A stretch of 55,558 nucleotides of DNA, from sequence record SRR20825006_1547; one strand, 5' to 3'. This document shows, in pieces, positions 29,239 to 38,627 of the stretch; the first letter of the stretch is position 1, and each line of letters starts with the position of its first letter. The position numbers were made by a program, and so were the translations under genes. Under the pieces are notes generated by a model that worked only from the letters and a program-made list of their open reading frames with translations, did not search any database and was not told the origin of the DNA.

Positions 29239-30623
29239 ATACCCGCTATCGATTTAATTTCACTGATCATTGCATCTGCAATTTGATCTGCTTCGGTTTG
29301 GCTTTGTGCTTCCGTATAGATACGAATGATAGGTTCTGTATTTGATTTTCTAAGATGAATCCAATGATTTTCAAAATCAATTTTCACTCCGTCTATCGTG
29401 TTTACATCCTCATCTTGATAGCGCTGCGCAATTTCCTTTAAAATAGCATCCACATCTAAGGTCGGCGTTAATTCAATTTTCTTTTTGCTCATAAAATACG
29501 CCGGGTAACTCGCGCGTAATTCACTTACTTTAATTTTCTTTTTTGCCAAATGCGTTAAAAATAAAGCAACACCCACAAGCGCATCGCGGCCATAATGAGA
29601 CTCCGGATAGATTATTCCACCGTTACCTTCTCCTCCAATTACAGCATTTACCTCTTTCATTTTAGTCACCACATTCACTTCCCCTACAGCTGCAGCGTGA
29701 TAGGTTCCTCCGTGTTTTTGAGTGATGTCTCTTAAGGCTCTTGACGAACTCAAATTAGAAACCGTATCTCCGGGATTTTCACTCAACACATAATCTGCAC
29801 AAGCTACTAGAGTGTATTCTTCGCCAAACATTTCACCGGTTTCATCAATAAATGCAAGTCGATCTACATCAGGATCAACCACGATTCCTAAATCGGCATT
29901 TTCTTCCGGAACCAACTTACAAATGTCAGTGAGATGTTCTTTTAAAGGCTCAGGATTATGCGGAAAGTTTCCGGTAGGCTCACAATATAATTTTTCAACA
30001 TAAACCCCTAAACGTTCCAGAAGCATTGGGATTGCGATACCTCCAGTAGAATTTACACCGTCAACCACAATCTTAAAATTAGCAGCTTTGATCGCATCTT
30101 CATCTACCAAATCCAGATCCAAGACTTCGTCAATATGAATGTCGATATAGGCATCATTTTTATGAATTGCACCCAAAGCATCAACTTCAGCAAAAGTTAC
30201 CGAAGATTCCTCGGCAATTTTTAAGATCTCTGCACCAGCTTCAGCATTGAGAAATTCACCATTTTTATCCAGAAGTTTTAATGCATTCCACTGTTTGGGA
30301 TTGTGAGATGCGGTTAGGATAATTCCACCATCAGCGTGCTCTAATTGCACCGCGAGTTCTACCGTTGGTGTGGTAGAAAGATCAAGATCTACTACGTCAA
30401 TCCCCAAACCTACCAAAGTTTGCATAACCAACTGCTGTAACATCTCTCCGCTCAGGCGCGCATCTCGACCTACCACGACTTTATACGTGTCTTTACTGCG
30501 TTGCTTTTTTATATAAGTGCCGTAAGCAGCAGCAAATTTCACCGCGTCTATAGGGGTTAAATTCTCTTCAGGCTTTCCTCCAATGGTACCACGTATTCCT
30601 GATATTGATTTTATTAGGGTCAT
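29235..30623 (-). CDS. glmM: phosphoglucosamine mutase / alpha-D-phosphohexomutase
   Basis: TASHNP phosphoserine motif, DPDVDR, GEGNGG, RKSNTEP. Confidence 0.85.
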   Translation of the reverse strand: MTLIKSISGIRGTIGGKPEENLTPIDAVKFAAAYGTYIKKQRSKDTYKVVVGRDARLSGEMLQQLVMQTLVGLGIDVVDLDLSTTPTVELAVQLEHADGGIILTASHNPKQWNALKLLDKNGEFLNAEAGAEILKIAEESSVTFAEVDALGAIHKNDAYIDIHIDEVLDLDLVDEDAIKAANFKIVVDGVNSTGGIAIPMLLERLGVYVEKLYCEPTGNFPHNPEPLKEHLTDICKLVPEENADLGIVVDPDVDRLAFIDETGEMFGEEYTLVACADYVLSENPGDTVSNLSSSRALRDITQKHGGTYHAAAVGEVNVVTKMKEVNAVIGGEGNGGIIYPESHYGRDALVGVALFLTHLAKKKIKVSELRASYPAYFMSKKKIELTPTLDVDAILKEIAQRYQDEDVNTIDGVKIDFENHWIHLRKSNTEPIIRIYTEAQSQTEADQIADAMISEIKSIAGI

Positions 30624-30759
30624 AAATAAAGTATTCTGATTTTTTTGAGCTTATTTTCAAAAACTGAAAATTATAATGCTCGTAGTTTTAAAATTTCTGG
30701 TCTGACAAATATAGCCATTAGAGGCGCTTCTGTATCTTCAGAATTTGTAATTTAAGCCT

Positions 30760-31371
30760 GTGAATTTTTTAGCGCACATATACCTGTCTGGCAACGATAC
30801 GCTTATTAAGCTGGGTAATTTTATGGCTGATGGCATAAAAGGTAAACAATACAAAAACTACCGGCCTCAACTGCAAAAAGGGATTTTACTACACCGCAGT
30901 ATTGATAGTTTTACAGACTTACATCCTATTGTAAAACAAAGTACAAAAAGACTGCATCCTAAATACAGTCATTATAGTGGGGTTATTGTAGATATTCTTT
31001 ACGACCATTTTTTGGCAAAAAACTGGAAAAAATATAATAAGATCCCTTTACCTCAATATGTTGAAGATTTTTATGATTTGCTTGATGAGCATTATGATAT
31101 TCTTACGCCCTCTATTCAGCGTATGGTACCGCACATGATCGCAGACAACTGGCTGTTGAGTTATGCTGAAATTAGCGGTATTGCGACGGTGCTTTACAAT
31201 ATGAATAGACGCACGAAAAACATAAGTGGAATGGATCGCGCAGTCGAAGATCTGCAGTTACATTATCACGACTTCGAAAACGAATTCACACTATTTTTTG
31301 AAGAACTGCGGGCATTTTGCTCCAACCGAATCAAAGAACTTGACATTCAATTTAGATTAAAAAACACCTGA
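30760..31371 (+). CDS. acpH: acyl carrier protein phosphodiesterase
   Basis: MNFLAH, GNF.AD.IKG, LHR.ID.FTD.HP, DI.YDHFLA. Confidence 0.9.
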   Translation: MNFLAHIYLSGNDTLIKLGNFMADGIKGKQYKNYRPQLQKGILLHRSIDSFTDLHPIVKQSTKRLHPKYSHYSGVIVDILYDHFLAKNWKKYNKIPLPQYVEDFYDLLDEHYDILTPSIQRMVPHMIADNWLLSYAEISGIATVLYNMNRRTKNISGMDRAVEDLQLHYHDFENEFTLFFEELRAFCSNRIKELDIQFRLKNT

Positions 31372-31375
31372 CTTT

Positions 31376-33127
31376 ATGCAACAAAAAAACGCCTTGAAGC
31401 TCCCATTTTGTTCCCGATTTTTAATGCTGAGCCTTTTCTTGATTTTAGCAGCCTGTAAAACAGAAACACCAAAACCCCGCAGCATTGAGCGTGGGAAAAT
31501 TGCAGATAGTATCATGGTGGTTTCTGCACGCGAAGAAGCATCTAGAATTGGAGCTGAAATTTTACAAAAGGGTGGAAATGCCTTTGACGCGTTGATTGCT
31601 GTTGATATGGCACTTAATGTGGCTTATCCGTTTGCAGGAAGTTTAGGCGGTGGCGGATTTATGGTCTACCGCAAAGCTGATGGTGAAGTAGGCAGTATTG
31701 ACTATCGCGAGAAGGCTCCAATGGCAGCAACGCACGATATGTATCTTGATAAGGAAGGTAACGCTATAGATTCTTTAAGTCGGCAGGGACCTTTAGCGGT
31801 AGGCGTTCCGGGAAGCATTGCCGGTATGTTTGCCATTCACGAGAAATTGGGTTCATTGCCCATGGCAGAAATCCTTCAACCTGTGATCGAGTTGGCTGAA
31901 AAGGGTTATCAAATTACCGATAATCAACTGGCGCGCTTTCAAAATTATGCTTCGGTTTTTGATCAAGTGAACGGCAAAGAAACATTGTATTCTATTGGAT
32001 TTCGAGAAAGTGATTCCATAAAAATAAAAGCTGGTGATCGCATTAAAAATCCGCAATTAGCTTCAACGTTGAAACGGATTGCCGTTAATGGAAAACAGGA
32101 ATTTTATGAGGGGGAAACCGCAAAAAAATTAGTTGATTTTATACAGAAACACGGCGGGATCATCAGCCTTGATGATTTAAAAAATTATGAAGCGGTATGG
32201 CGAGAACCTATCATTTCAAACTATAAAAATCTTCGGGTGATCGGGATGCCTCCTCCATCAAGTGGCGGAGTCTGTTTAGCCGAAATATTAAAAATGATCG
32301 AACCTTACGATTTAAAGTCTTTCGGTCATAATTCAGCAAAAAGCATTCAAGTTATTACCGAAGCAGAACGCCGAGCGTATGCTGATCGTAGTTTCTTTTT
32401 AGGTGATCCTGATTTTAATGAGATCCCTATTGATTCGCTTATAAATGAGGCGTATGCCACGCGACGGATGCAATCTTTTGATTTTGACAAAGCAACTCCT
32501 TCTGCTGAAATAGAGCACGGGGCGATCTCAGGATACGAGTCTATGGAAACCACACATTTTTCCCTCGTTGATCAATACGGTAATGCAGTAGCCCTTACCA
32601 CTACCCTAAATGGCGCTTACGGCTCAAAATTATATGCAGATGAATTGGGCTTCTTTTTAAATAATGAGATGGATGACTTTAGCGTAAAGCCCGGCGTGCC
32701 GAATATGTTCGGACTTATAGGCGCTGAAGCAAATAAAATTGAATCCCAAAAACGCATGTTGAGTTCTATGACTCCTACTATTGTAGAAAAAGAGGGGCAA
32801 CTCTGGATGACTGTAGGTACCCCTGGAGGATCAACCATCATTACTTCGGTGCTGCAGACCATTCTCAATGTAGCGGTTTTTGACTACGGAATGCAAGAAG
32901 CGGTAGATGCTCCACGCTTTCATCACCAATGGCTTCCTGATGTTGTTACTTTTGAGCCTGATGCTTTTGGTAAAGATCTTTTAGACACCTTAAGTAATAA
33001 GGGGTATGAAATACGTCAAGAGAATAGTGTGATTCTGGGTAAAGTAGACGGAGTTCTGGTTCTTCCTAATGGCAAATTAGAAGGTGGTGCAGATCGCAGA
33101 GGCGATGATACCGCAGTTGGTTTCTAA
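31376..33127 (+). CDS. ggt: gamma-glutamyltransferase (lipoprotein)
   Basis: Lipobox LAAC, GGNAFDA, ETTHFS nucleophile Thr, NNEMDDF, LSSMTPT, GTPGG; the true start may be the later Met of MLSLFL. Confidence 0.95.
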   Translation: MQQKNALKLPFCSRFLMLSLFLILAACKTETPKPRSIERGKIADSIMVVSAREEASRIGAEILQKGGNAFDALIAVDMALNVAYPFAGSLGGGGFMVYRKADGEVGSIDYREKAPMAATHDMYLDKEGNAIDSLSRQGPLAVGVPGSIAGMFAIHEKLGSLPMAEILQPVIELAEKGYQITDNQLARFQNYASVFDQVNGKETLYSIGFRESDSIKIKAGDRIKNPQLASTLKRIAVNGKQEFYEGETAKKLVDFIQKHGGIISLDDLKNYEAVWREPIISNYKNLRVIGMPPPSSGGVCLAEILKMIEPYDLKSFGHNSAKSIQVITEAERRAYADRSFFLGDPDFNEIPIDSLINEAYATRRMQSFDFDKATPSAEIEHGAISGYESMETTHFSLVDQYGNAVALTTTLNGAYGSKLYADELGFFLNNEMDDFSVKPGVPNMFGLIGAEANKIESQKRMLSSMTPTIVEKEGQLWMTVGTPGGSTIITSVLQTILNVAVFDYGMQEAVDAPRFHHQWLPDVVTFEPDAFGKDLLDTLSNKGYEIRQENSVILGKVDGVLVLPNGKLEGGADRRGDDTAVGF

Positions 33128-33132
33128 TATAT

Positions 33133-33236
33133 TATATACTAATCAACACATAATACAAATTATAACCTTTTTAGTGTATATTTTATATTATAATCAAAAT
33201 AGATTATATTTGTCGTTATATACTAAAATCTTTAAT
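33133..33236. repeat. four 20-bp boxes at exact 28-bp period upstream of satD
   Basis: Boxes start with TATATAC/TATAACC/TATAATC/TATATAC at 33133, 33161, 33189 and 33217; box 3 is the palindrome TATAATC-N6-GATTATA. Confidence 0.6.
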
Positions 33237-33241
33237 TTTAA

Positions 33242-33835
33242 ATGAAAGCTGTTCTTACAGGAGATATTGTAAATTCCAGAGCTTTTATGGGCTGGCAAGA
33301 TGCTCTCATTGAAGTGTTAAACAGGTATGGCTCAAGCCCAAAAACCTGGGAAATCTTCCGTGGCGATAGTTTTCAATTGATTGTGGATGCAGCTTTGGCT
33401 TTAGAAGCCGCTATCCATATCAAGTCTGTAATAAAATCTAATGCAGCTTTAGATGTACGTATTGCGATAGGCTTAGGCGAATGCTCTTATGATGCAGATC
33501 AAATTACCTTGGCAAACGGCAGTGCTTTTATACATTCGGGTACAGCTTTTGACGCTATTAAGAATAGAACGCTAGTGCTTCAATCAGCCAACGAGCAACT
33601 GGATGAAACGCTAAATCTTATGCTGTCGTTAGCAAGTCTTACGATGGATCAATGGCCACCGGTTACCGCGCAGATCGTTAAAGCGCGTCTCGAAGAACCT
33701 CAGCTCAATCAAACCGAATTGAGCCAGAAACTTGATAAAGCTCAGAGTGCCATAAGTAAAGCACTTTCTCGTGCAGGTTATGACGAGATTCATTCAATGA
33801 TACAGTATTACACTAAAAAAATTGAAACCTTATGA
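33242..33835 (+). CDS. SatD family protein with C-terminal HTH
   Basis: TGDIVNS, RGDSFQ, RIAIG.G, NGSAF..SG; C-terminal NQTELSQKLDKAQSAISKAL HTH. Confidence 0.8.
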   Translation: MKAVLTGDIVNSRAFMGWQDALIEVLNRYGSSPKTWEIFRGDSFQLIVDAALALEAAIHIKSVIKSNAALDVRIAIGLGECSYDADQITLANGSAFIHSGTAFDAIKNRTLVLQSANEQLDETLNLMLSLASLTMDQWPPVTAQIVKARLEEPQLNQTELSQKLDKAQSAISKALSRAGYDEIHSMIQYYTKKIETL

Positions 33836-34581
33836 TTGTTCTTGCGCTGAAATTGGTTCTGGCTCATATCTTAGGAGATTTTGTGCTCCAGCCGTCTAAG
33901 TGGGTAAAGCATAAAATGAAACACGGTTGGAAATCAAAATACTTACTTGCGCACGTAGGTGTTCATCTGATCGCTTTATTAATTTTACTCCAGTTTGACC
34001 CCGCTTACTTTTTAGGCATTACAACTATCGTTCTTACGCACTACGCCATTGATGCGCTTAAAATAAAGTTTACAACAAAAAAGAACAGCCGCAAGCTATT
34101 TGCCGCAGACCAGATCGCACACCTTATGGTGCTCAATCTCGTACTTTATTATTATACGCCATACCGCATCGATTTCACTGAAATCCTATCGCCACAATCT
34201 CTATTGCTCGTCACCTTACTATTTTTTGTGACCTATGTTGCCGGAATTCTTATGCGCGTTGCGCTTCAGCCGTGGCAAGATGCTATTGAGCCTGCTTCAA
34301 AAAAAGAAAATGCAAAAAGCACCTCGCTCGCGGGAGCCGGAAAGATTATAGGGATTCTTGAACGCTTGTTTGTATTCACCTTTATTTTACTCAACACCTG
34401 GTCTGCCATTGGGTTTCTTATCACGGCCAAATCAGTATTCAGGTTTGGTGATTTAACCGAAGGCAAAAACCGAAGACTCACCGAATATGTCCTTATAGGT
34501 ACCCTTCTAAGCTTTGGAATCGCAATAGGTTGCGGCTTACTATTTAGGTTCTTAAGCGCATTAGACACATTTAACGCCTAA
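33832..34581 (+). CDS. DUF3307 family membrane protein
   Basis: AHILGDFVLQ, HYAID..K, DQIAH, IGILER, AKSVFR, EYVLIGTL.S; ATGA overlap with satD. Confidence 0.85.
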   Translation: MIVLALKLVLAHILGDFVLQPSKWVKHKMKHGWKSKYLLAHVGVHLIALLILLQFDPAYFLGITTIVLTHYAIDALKIKFTTKKNSRKLFAADQIAHLMVLNLVLYYYTPYRIDFTEILSPQSLLLVTLLFFVTYVAGILMRVALQPWQDAIEPASKKENAKSTSLAGAGKIIGILERLFVFTFILLNTWSAIGFLITAKSVFRFGDLTEGKNRRLTEYVLIGTLLSFGIAIGCGLLFRFLSALDTFNA

Positions 34582-37124
34582 ACACCCTCTTTGCGTAACA
34601 CTTCTAGTGGCGAACTTTTAATCACACTGCGACTGTTGCTCAATCCAATAGCTAAAACAAGCGCTGTAATTCCCGGAAGTAAAACCATAAACGGAATTGC
34701 CGATGGAACAAAAGCAGTATCAAACGCAAAATAAGCGAGTAGCAAACTACCCAATAGCGACAGTAAAATACCAGACAGCGTTCCCAAAAGTCCTAAGTAC
34801 AAATATTCTAGACCTTGAATGCGCAAAATCTGTTTGCTCTTTGCTCCCATCGTGCGCAGCAATACACTTTCTCGTATCCGTTGAAATTTGCTCGTACGCA
34901 CTGCTCCTAGCAAAACAATGATCCCGATAAGAATACTGAAAAACGCCATAAAGTTGATGATGTAACTAATTTTAGTAAGCAACTCTTCAACAACGCTAAG
35001 CACCTGTCGTAGATCAAGAATCGAAATGTTAGGGAATGCTTTTACTAATTTCTGCTGAATGGCTGCTGAAGCTTTTGCATCAGGAACCTGTGTGGTGATC
35101 ACACCAAACTGTGGCGCACGCTCCAACACTCCTGCCGGAAATACGATTGAAAAATTCAACTGCATTCTACTCCAATCTACCGTGCGTATGCTTCCTATTT
35201 CGGTTTCTAAGAGTCGGCCTTGTACGTTAAAGGTCACGTGGTCTCCTACTCCAACTTTTGCATCTTCAGCAAAATTGTCACTTACAGATATTGGAACAAC
35301 CTCAGCTTCTTCGGTAAAGGTTCCTGTAAATGTTCCTGCTTGTAAAACTTCCGAAGCGATTAAAGAATCCCTATAGGTTGTTCTGAATTCGTGATTTAAT
35401 ATCCATCGATTTATGTGTACGGTCGTGTCTTTTTTTAAATCGGCATTATCACGACCGTTAATGCTTTGCACGCGCATCGTCACAATTGGAATCTGATCTA
35501 GCGGTGGTAATTCATTTGAAGATAATGTTTGTGCAACTTCAGTCATTTGATCTTTTTGCACGTCGAGCAAGATCATATTGGCTTGATTGGCTTCACTATC
35601 CAAATTGGCCTGAGCGAGCAGAATATCTTTAGTAAAGTAAAGCGTACTTATCAAAAACGAACCAACGCCTATCGCAAGAATCAAAACCACCGTTTGATTC
35701 TGAGGCCGGAACAAATTACGTAAGCTTTGCCGTGAGGTAAAGCTCCAACTTTCGGGAAAATACTTCCGAAGTAAACGCATGAATGCACGCGCGATTCCAC
35801 CTAGAATACTAAAAACAACGAGAATTCCGCCTAAGAATGATGCGGCATACTTCCAATCTTCCAACAGCCAAAACGCAAATAAAAACACAAAGGTGAGTAT
35901 CGCCAATGAGACTGCTATCGCCGTTTTTGACGACTGCTGATTGTCTGAAGCACTTACCCGTAAAGTTTGTAAAGGAGAAACCTGCAGCGTACTCAACAAC
36001 GGGTAGAGCGCAAATAAAACCGACATAAAAGCGCCGATGAAGATTCCTAAAAAGATAACCGGCCAAGATAATTTAAGTGCGACATCTACCGGTAATAATC
36101 CTTCTAAAAGAATAGGAAATAACTGCTGCAACAACAAACCGGCAATGGTTCCTAGAATTCCACCTACGAGTCCTAAAACACCAATCTGGATCAAATAAAT
36201 AAGAAATGCCTGCTTACGGCTTGCTCCCAAACACTTTAAAATAGCGACCGATTTGAGTTTGTCTTTGATATAAATCGTAGTCGCACTTGCAATGCCCACG
36301 CATCCTAAAAGTAAGGCGATAAAACCTACTAAATTCAAGAACTTCCCAAAGTTTTCGTAGCGTCGGCCAAGACGCTCACTGGTAGATGTATGGGTGTCGA
36401 GATCAGCATCTGCCTCATCCAGCCGATTATCAATCGCTTGATCAAGAAGTTCCATATCTTGATCAGGTGCTTCAAAATAAAACTCATAATCAATTCGGCT
36501 TCCCAACTGAACCAAACCGGTTTTTTCTATAAATGGGTACGGAATGACCACTGGTGGAGCGATTGCGCTAAAAACGGCGTTGCTTCCGGGAAGCGCTTCA
36601 ACACCACCTAAAACAGGCAGTTTCACTTCACCTATTTTGATCGTATCTCCAACCTTTACATTTAGTTGAAGCATCACTGTAGCATCGAGCAAGGCACCTT
36701 GCTTCTCTTGAAAATCTTCAGCAGCCGATTCTGGTTGCGTCTCCAACTTTCCGTAGAATGGAAATCCGTTGCTAATCCCCCGCACTTGTAGTAATTTGGT
36801 CGCTTGATTTTTTGGAAACAGCGCCATCGAGGAAAGCGAAATTTCTTCAGCATCTGCCCCTCCTAAAGAATCTACAATAGCTTGTGCTTCTTCGGTTAGT
36901 GGATGATCGCTGTCGATTTTAAAATCGGCGCCCATCAAGGCTTTGGACTGCAAGGAAATGTTATCCTTTAAAGTTTCTCCAAAAGATTGAATGGACACAA
37001 TCGCTGCAACTCCCAAAATGATCGAAACCATAAAGAGACTTAACTTCCCGGCACTGGCTTTAAAGTCGCGCCACGCCATTTTTCTCAACCACCCTAAGCG
37101 TAAAGAACTTTTCATACCGCTCAT
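34578..37124 (-). CDS. ABC transporter permease, FtsX/MacB-like (YbbP-type)
   Basis: Two FtsX repeats (AILKCLGA, LLRTMGA) with large periplasmic domains. Confidence 0.85.
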   Translation of the reverse strand: MSGMKSSLRLGWLRKMAWRDFKASAGKLSLFMVSIILGVAAIVSIQSFGETLKDNISLQSKALMGADFKIDSDHPLTEEAQAIVDSLGGADAEEISLSSMALFPKNQATKLLQVRGISNGFPFYGKLETQPESAAEDFQEKQGALLDATVMLQLNVKVGDTIKIGEVKLPVLGGVEALPGSNAVFSAIAPPVVIPYPFIEKTGLVQLGSRIDYEFYFEAPDQDMELLDQAIDNRLDEADADLDTHTSTSERLGRRYENFGKFLNLVGFIALLLGCVGIASATTIYIKDKLKSVAILKCLGASRKQAFLIYLIQIGVLGLVGGILGTIAGLLLQQLFPILLEGLLPVDVALKLSWPVIFLGIFIGAFMSVLFALYPLLSTLQVSPLQTLRVSASDNQQSSKTAIAVSLAILTFVFLFAFWLLEDWKYAASFLGGILVVFSILGGIARAFMRLLRKYFPESWSFTSRQSLRNLFRPQNQTVVLILAIGVGSFLISTLYFTKDILLAQANLDSEANQANMILLDVQKDQMTEVAQTLSSNELPPLDQIPIVTMRVQSINGRDNADLKKDTTVHINRWILNHEFRTTYRDSLIASEVLQAGTFTGTFTEEAEVVPISVSDNFAEDAKVGVGDHVTFNVQGRLLETEIGSIRTVDWSRMQLNFSIVFPAGVLERAPQFGVITTQVPDAKASAAIQQKLVKAFPNISILDLRQVLSVVEELLTKISYIINFMAFFSILIGIIVLLGAVRTSKFQRIRESVLLRTMGAKSKQILRIQGLEYLYLGLLGTLSGILLSLLGSLLLAYFAFDTAFVPSAIPFMVLLPGITALVLAIGLSNSRSVIKSSPLEVLRKEGV

Positions 37125-37807
37125 ACGCTTGCTTTTGTAAGGTTTGCAATTCGGCCTCCTTTAATGGTGAGAATATTCTGCGTTTTCTGAGCGAGTTCCA
37201 TATCGTGTGTCACCAAAACCAAAGTAGTCCCCAATTCTTTATTCAACTCAAAAAGCAAATCAACTACGGTTTCTCCGGTTTCAGCATCCAGATTTCCCGT
37301 GGGTTCGTCTGCAAACAAAATTTTAGGATCGTTGGCAAAAGCACGTGCAAGTGCCATACGCTGCTGCTCCCCACCAGAAAGTTGCGAGGCGTAATGATTA
37401 CCGCGATCTCCAAGACCAACTTTAGTGAGTAATTCGGCTGCTTTTTTCATTGCGTGCTTAGCACCTTGCAACTCTAAAGGAACCGCCACATTCTCAAGTG
37501 CGGTAAGCGTAGGTAATAATTGAAAATCCTGAAAAACAAAACCTACATCTTTATTGCGCAATAAGGCACGTTCATCTTCGGTAAGACTACTCAGCTCGAC
37601 ACCATTTAAAGTCACTGTTCCAGAATCTGGTTTATCAAGACCGGCACATAAACCAAGTAATGTGGTTTTACCACTTCCCGACGGACCAACGATTGAAAAG
37701 GTTTCTTTTTCTGTTATACTAAAGTTAATATCATCAAGTACTTTGAGCGTTTTTGAGCCACTGGTATAGCTTTTTGCTAAATTTGAGATTTCTAATATAG
37801 ATGCCAT
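37121..37807 (-). CDS. ABC transporter ATP-binding protein (YbbA/LolD-like)
   Basis: GPSGSGKTT, LSGGEQQR, ADEPTGNLD, VTHD. Confidence 0.95.
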   Translation of the reverse strand: MASILEISNLAKSYTSGSKTLKVLDDINFSITEKETFSIVGPSGSGKTTLLGLCAGLDKPDSGTVTLNGVELSSLTEDERALLRNKDVGFVFQDFQLLPTLTALENVAVPLELQGAKHAMKKAAELLTKVGLGDRGNHYASQLSGGEQQRMALARAFANDPKILFADEPTGNLDAETGETVVDLLFELNKELGTTLVLVTHDMELAQKTQNILTIKGGRIANLTKASV

Positions 37808-37925
37808 AAATGGGTGTTGCTTGGAAGAATAGTTTTGGACGCTTTTTTAGACCGAAGCTTACGTGAAAACCTCAGGCGCGCCAATAAATGTTTAAAATAA
37901 TCAATTACCTTTTAAATCTGCCCTC

Positions 37926-38624
37926 TTGAAAAATAGAATTCCCTTTTATCTCCTTTTTGTTTTCTTGATCCTTGCTGCGTGTAAAGATGCTAACACCACT
38001 AATGTTGAAGAAAATGAATCACAAAATACTTCTGAAACTACTGATGCAGAAGATCAAAATGCTACTTCAAACAGCATTTTATTCTTTGGCGACAGTCTGA
38101 CTGCCGGTTACGGTTTAGAAGATCCAGACAATGCATTTCCCGGTTTGATTCAAGAGAAATTAGATAGCCTCGGACTTGATTATAATGTGATCAACGCCGG
38201 TTTGAGTGGCGAAACTACCGCCGGAGGTAGAAACAGATTAGAATGGGTACTGGAACCTGATGTAAACATTTTTGTATTAGAACTAGGAGCTAATGATGGT
38301 TTACGTGGTGTTTCGGTGGCAGAGACGCGTGAAAATCTGCAATGGATGATTGATAAAGTAAAAACGGAAGCGCCGCAGGCAAAAATCGTTCTTGCGGGGA
38401 TGCAGCTTCCGCCAAATTTGGGCACCGAATACACCACCGATTTTAAAAATATGTTTCCGCAGTTAGCTGAAGAAAATAATATTGCTTTTATTCCTTTCCT
38501 TTTACAAAACGTAGGCGGTATCGCAAGCTTAAACCAAAACGATGGTATTCATCCTACCGAAGAAGGGCATAAACTGGTAGCCGCCAATGTATGGCCTGTT
38601 TTAGAACCACTTGTTCAAGAATAA
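37926..38624 (+). CDS. SGNH/GDSL arylesterase (TesA-like), lipoprotein
   Basis: FGDSLTAGYG, SGETTAGG, ELGANDGLRG, DGIHP; lipobox LAAC. Confidence 0.9.
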   Translation: MKNRIPFYLLFVFLILAACKDANTTNVEENESQNTSETTDAEDQNATSNSILFFGDSLTAGYGLEDPDNAFPGLIQEKLDSLGLDYNVINAGLSGETTAGGRNRLEWVLEPDVNIFVLELGANDGLRGVSVAETRENLQWMIDKVKTEAPQAKIVLAGMQLPPNLGTEYTTDFKNMFPQLAEENNIAFIPFLLQNVGGIASLNQNDGIHPTEEGHKLVAANVWPVLEPLVQE

Positions 38625-38627
38625 ACA

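Noticed and set aside
33133-33236. Mini-CRISPR interpretation of the 28-bp periodic boxes
   Set aside because: Repeats are degenerate, spacers are only 8 nt, and there are no cas genes
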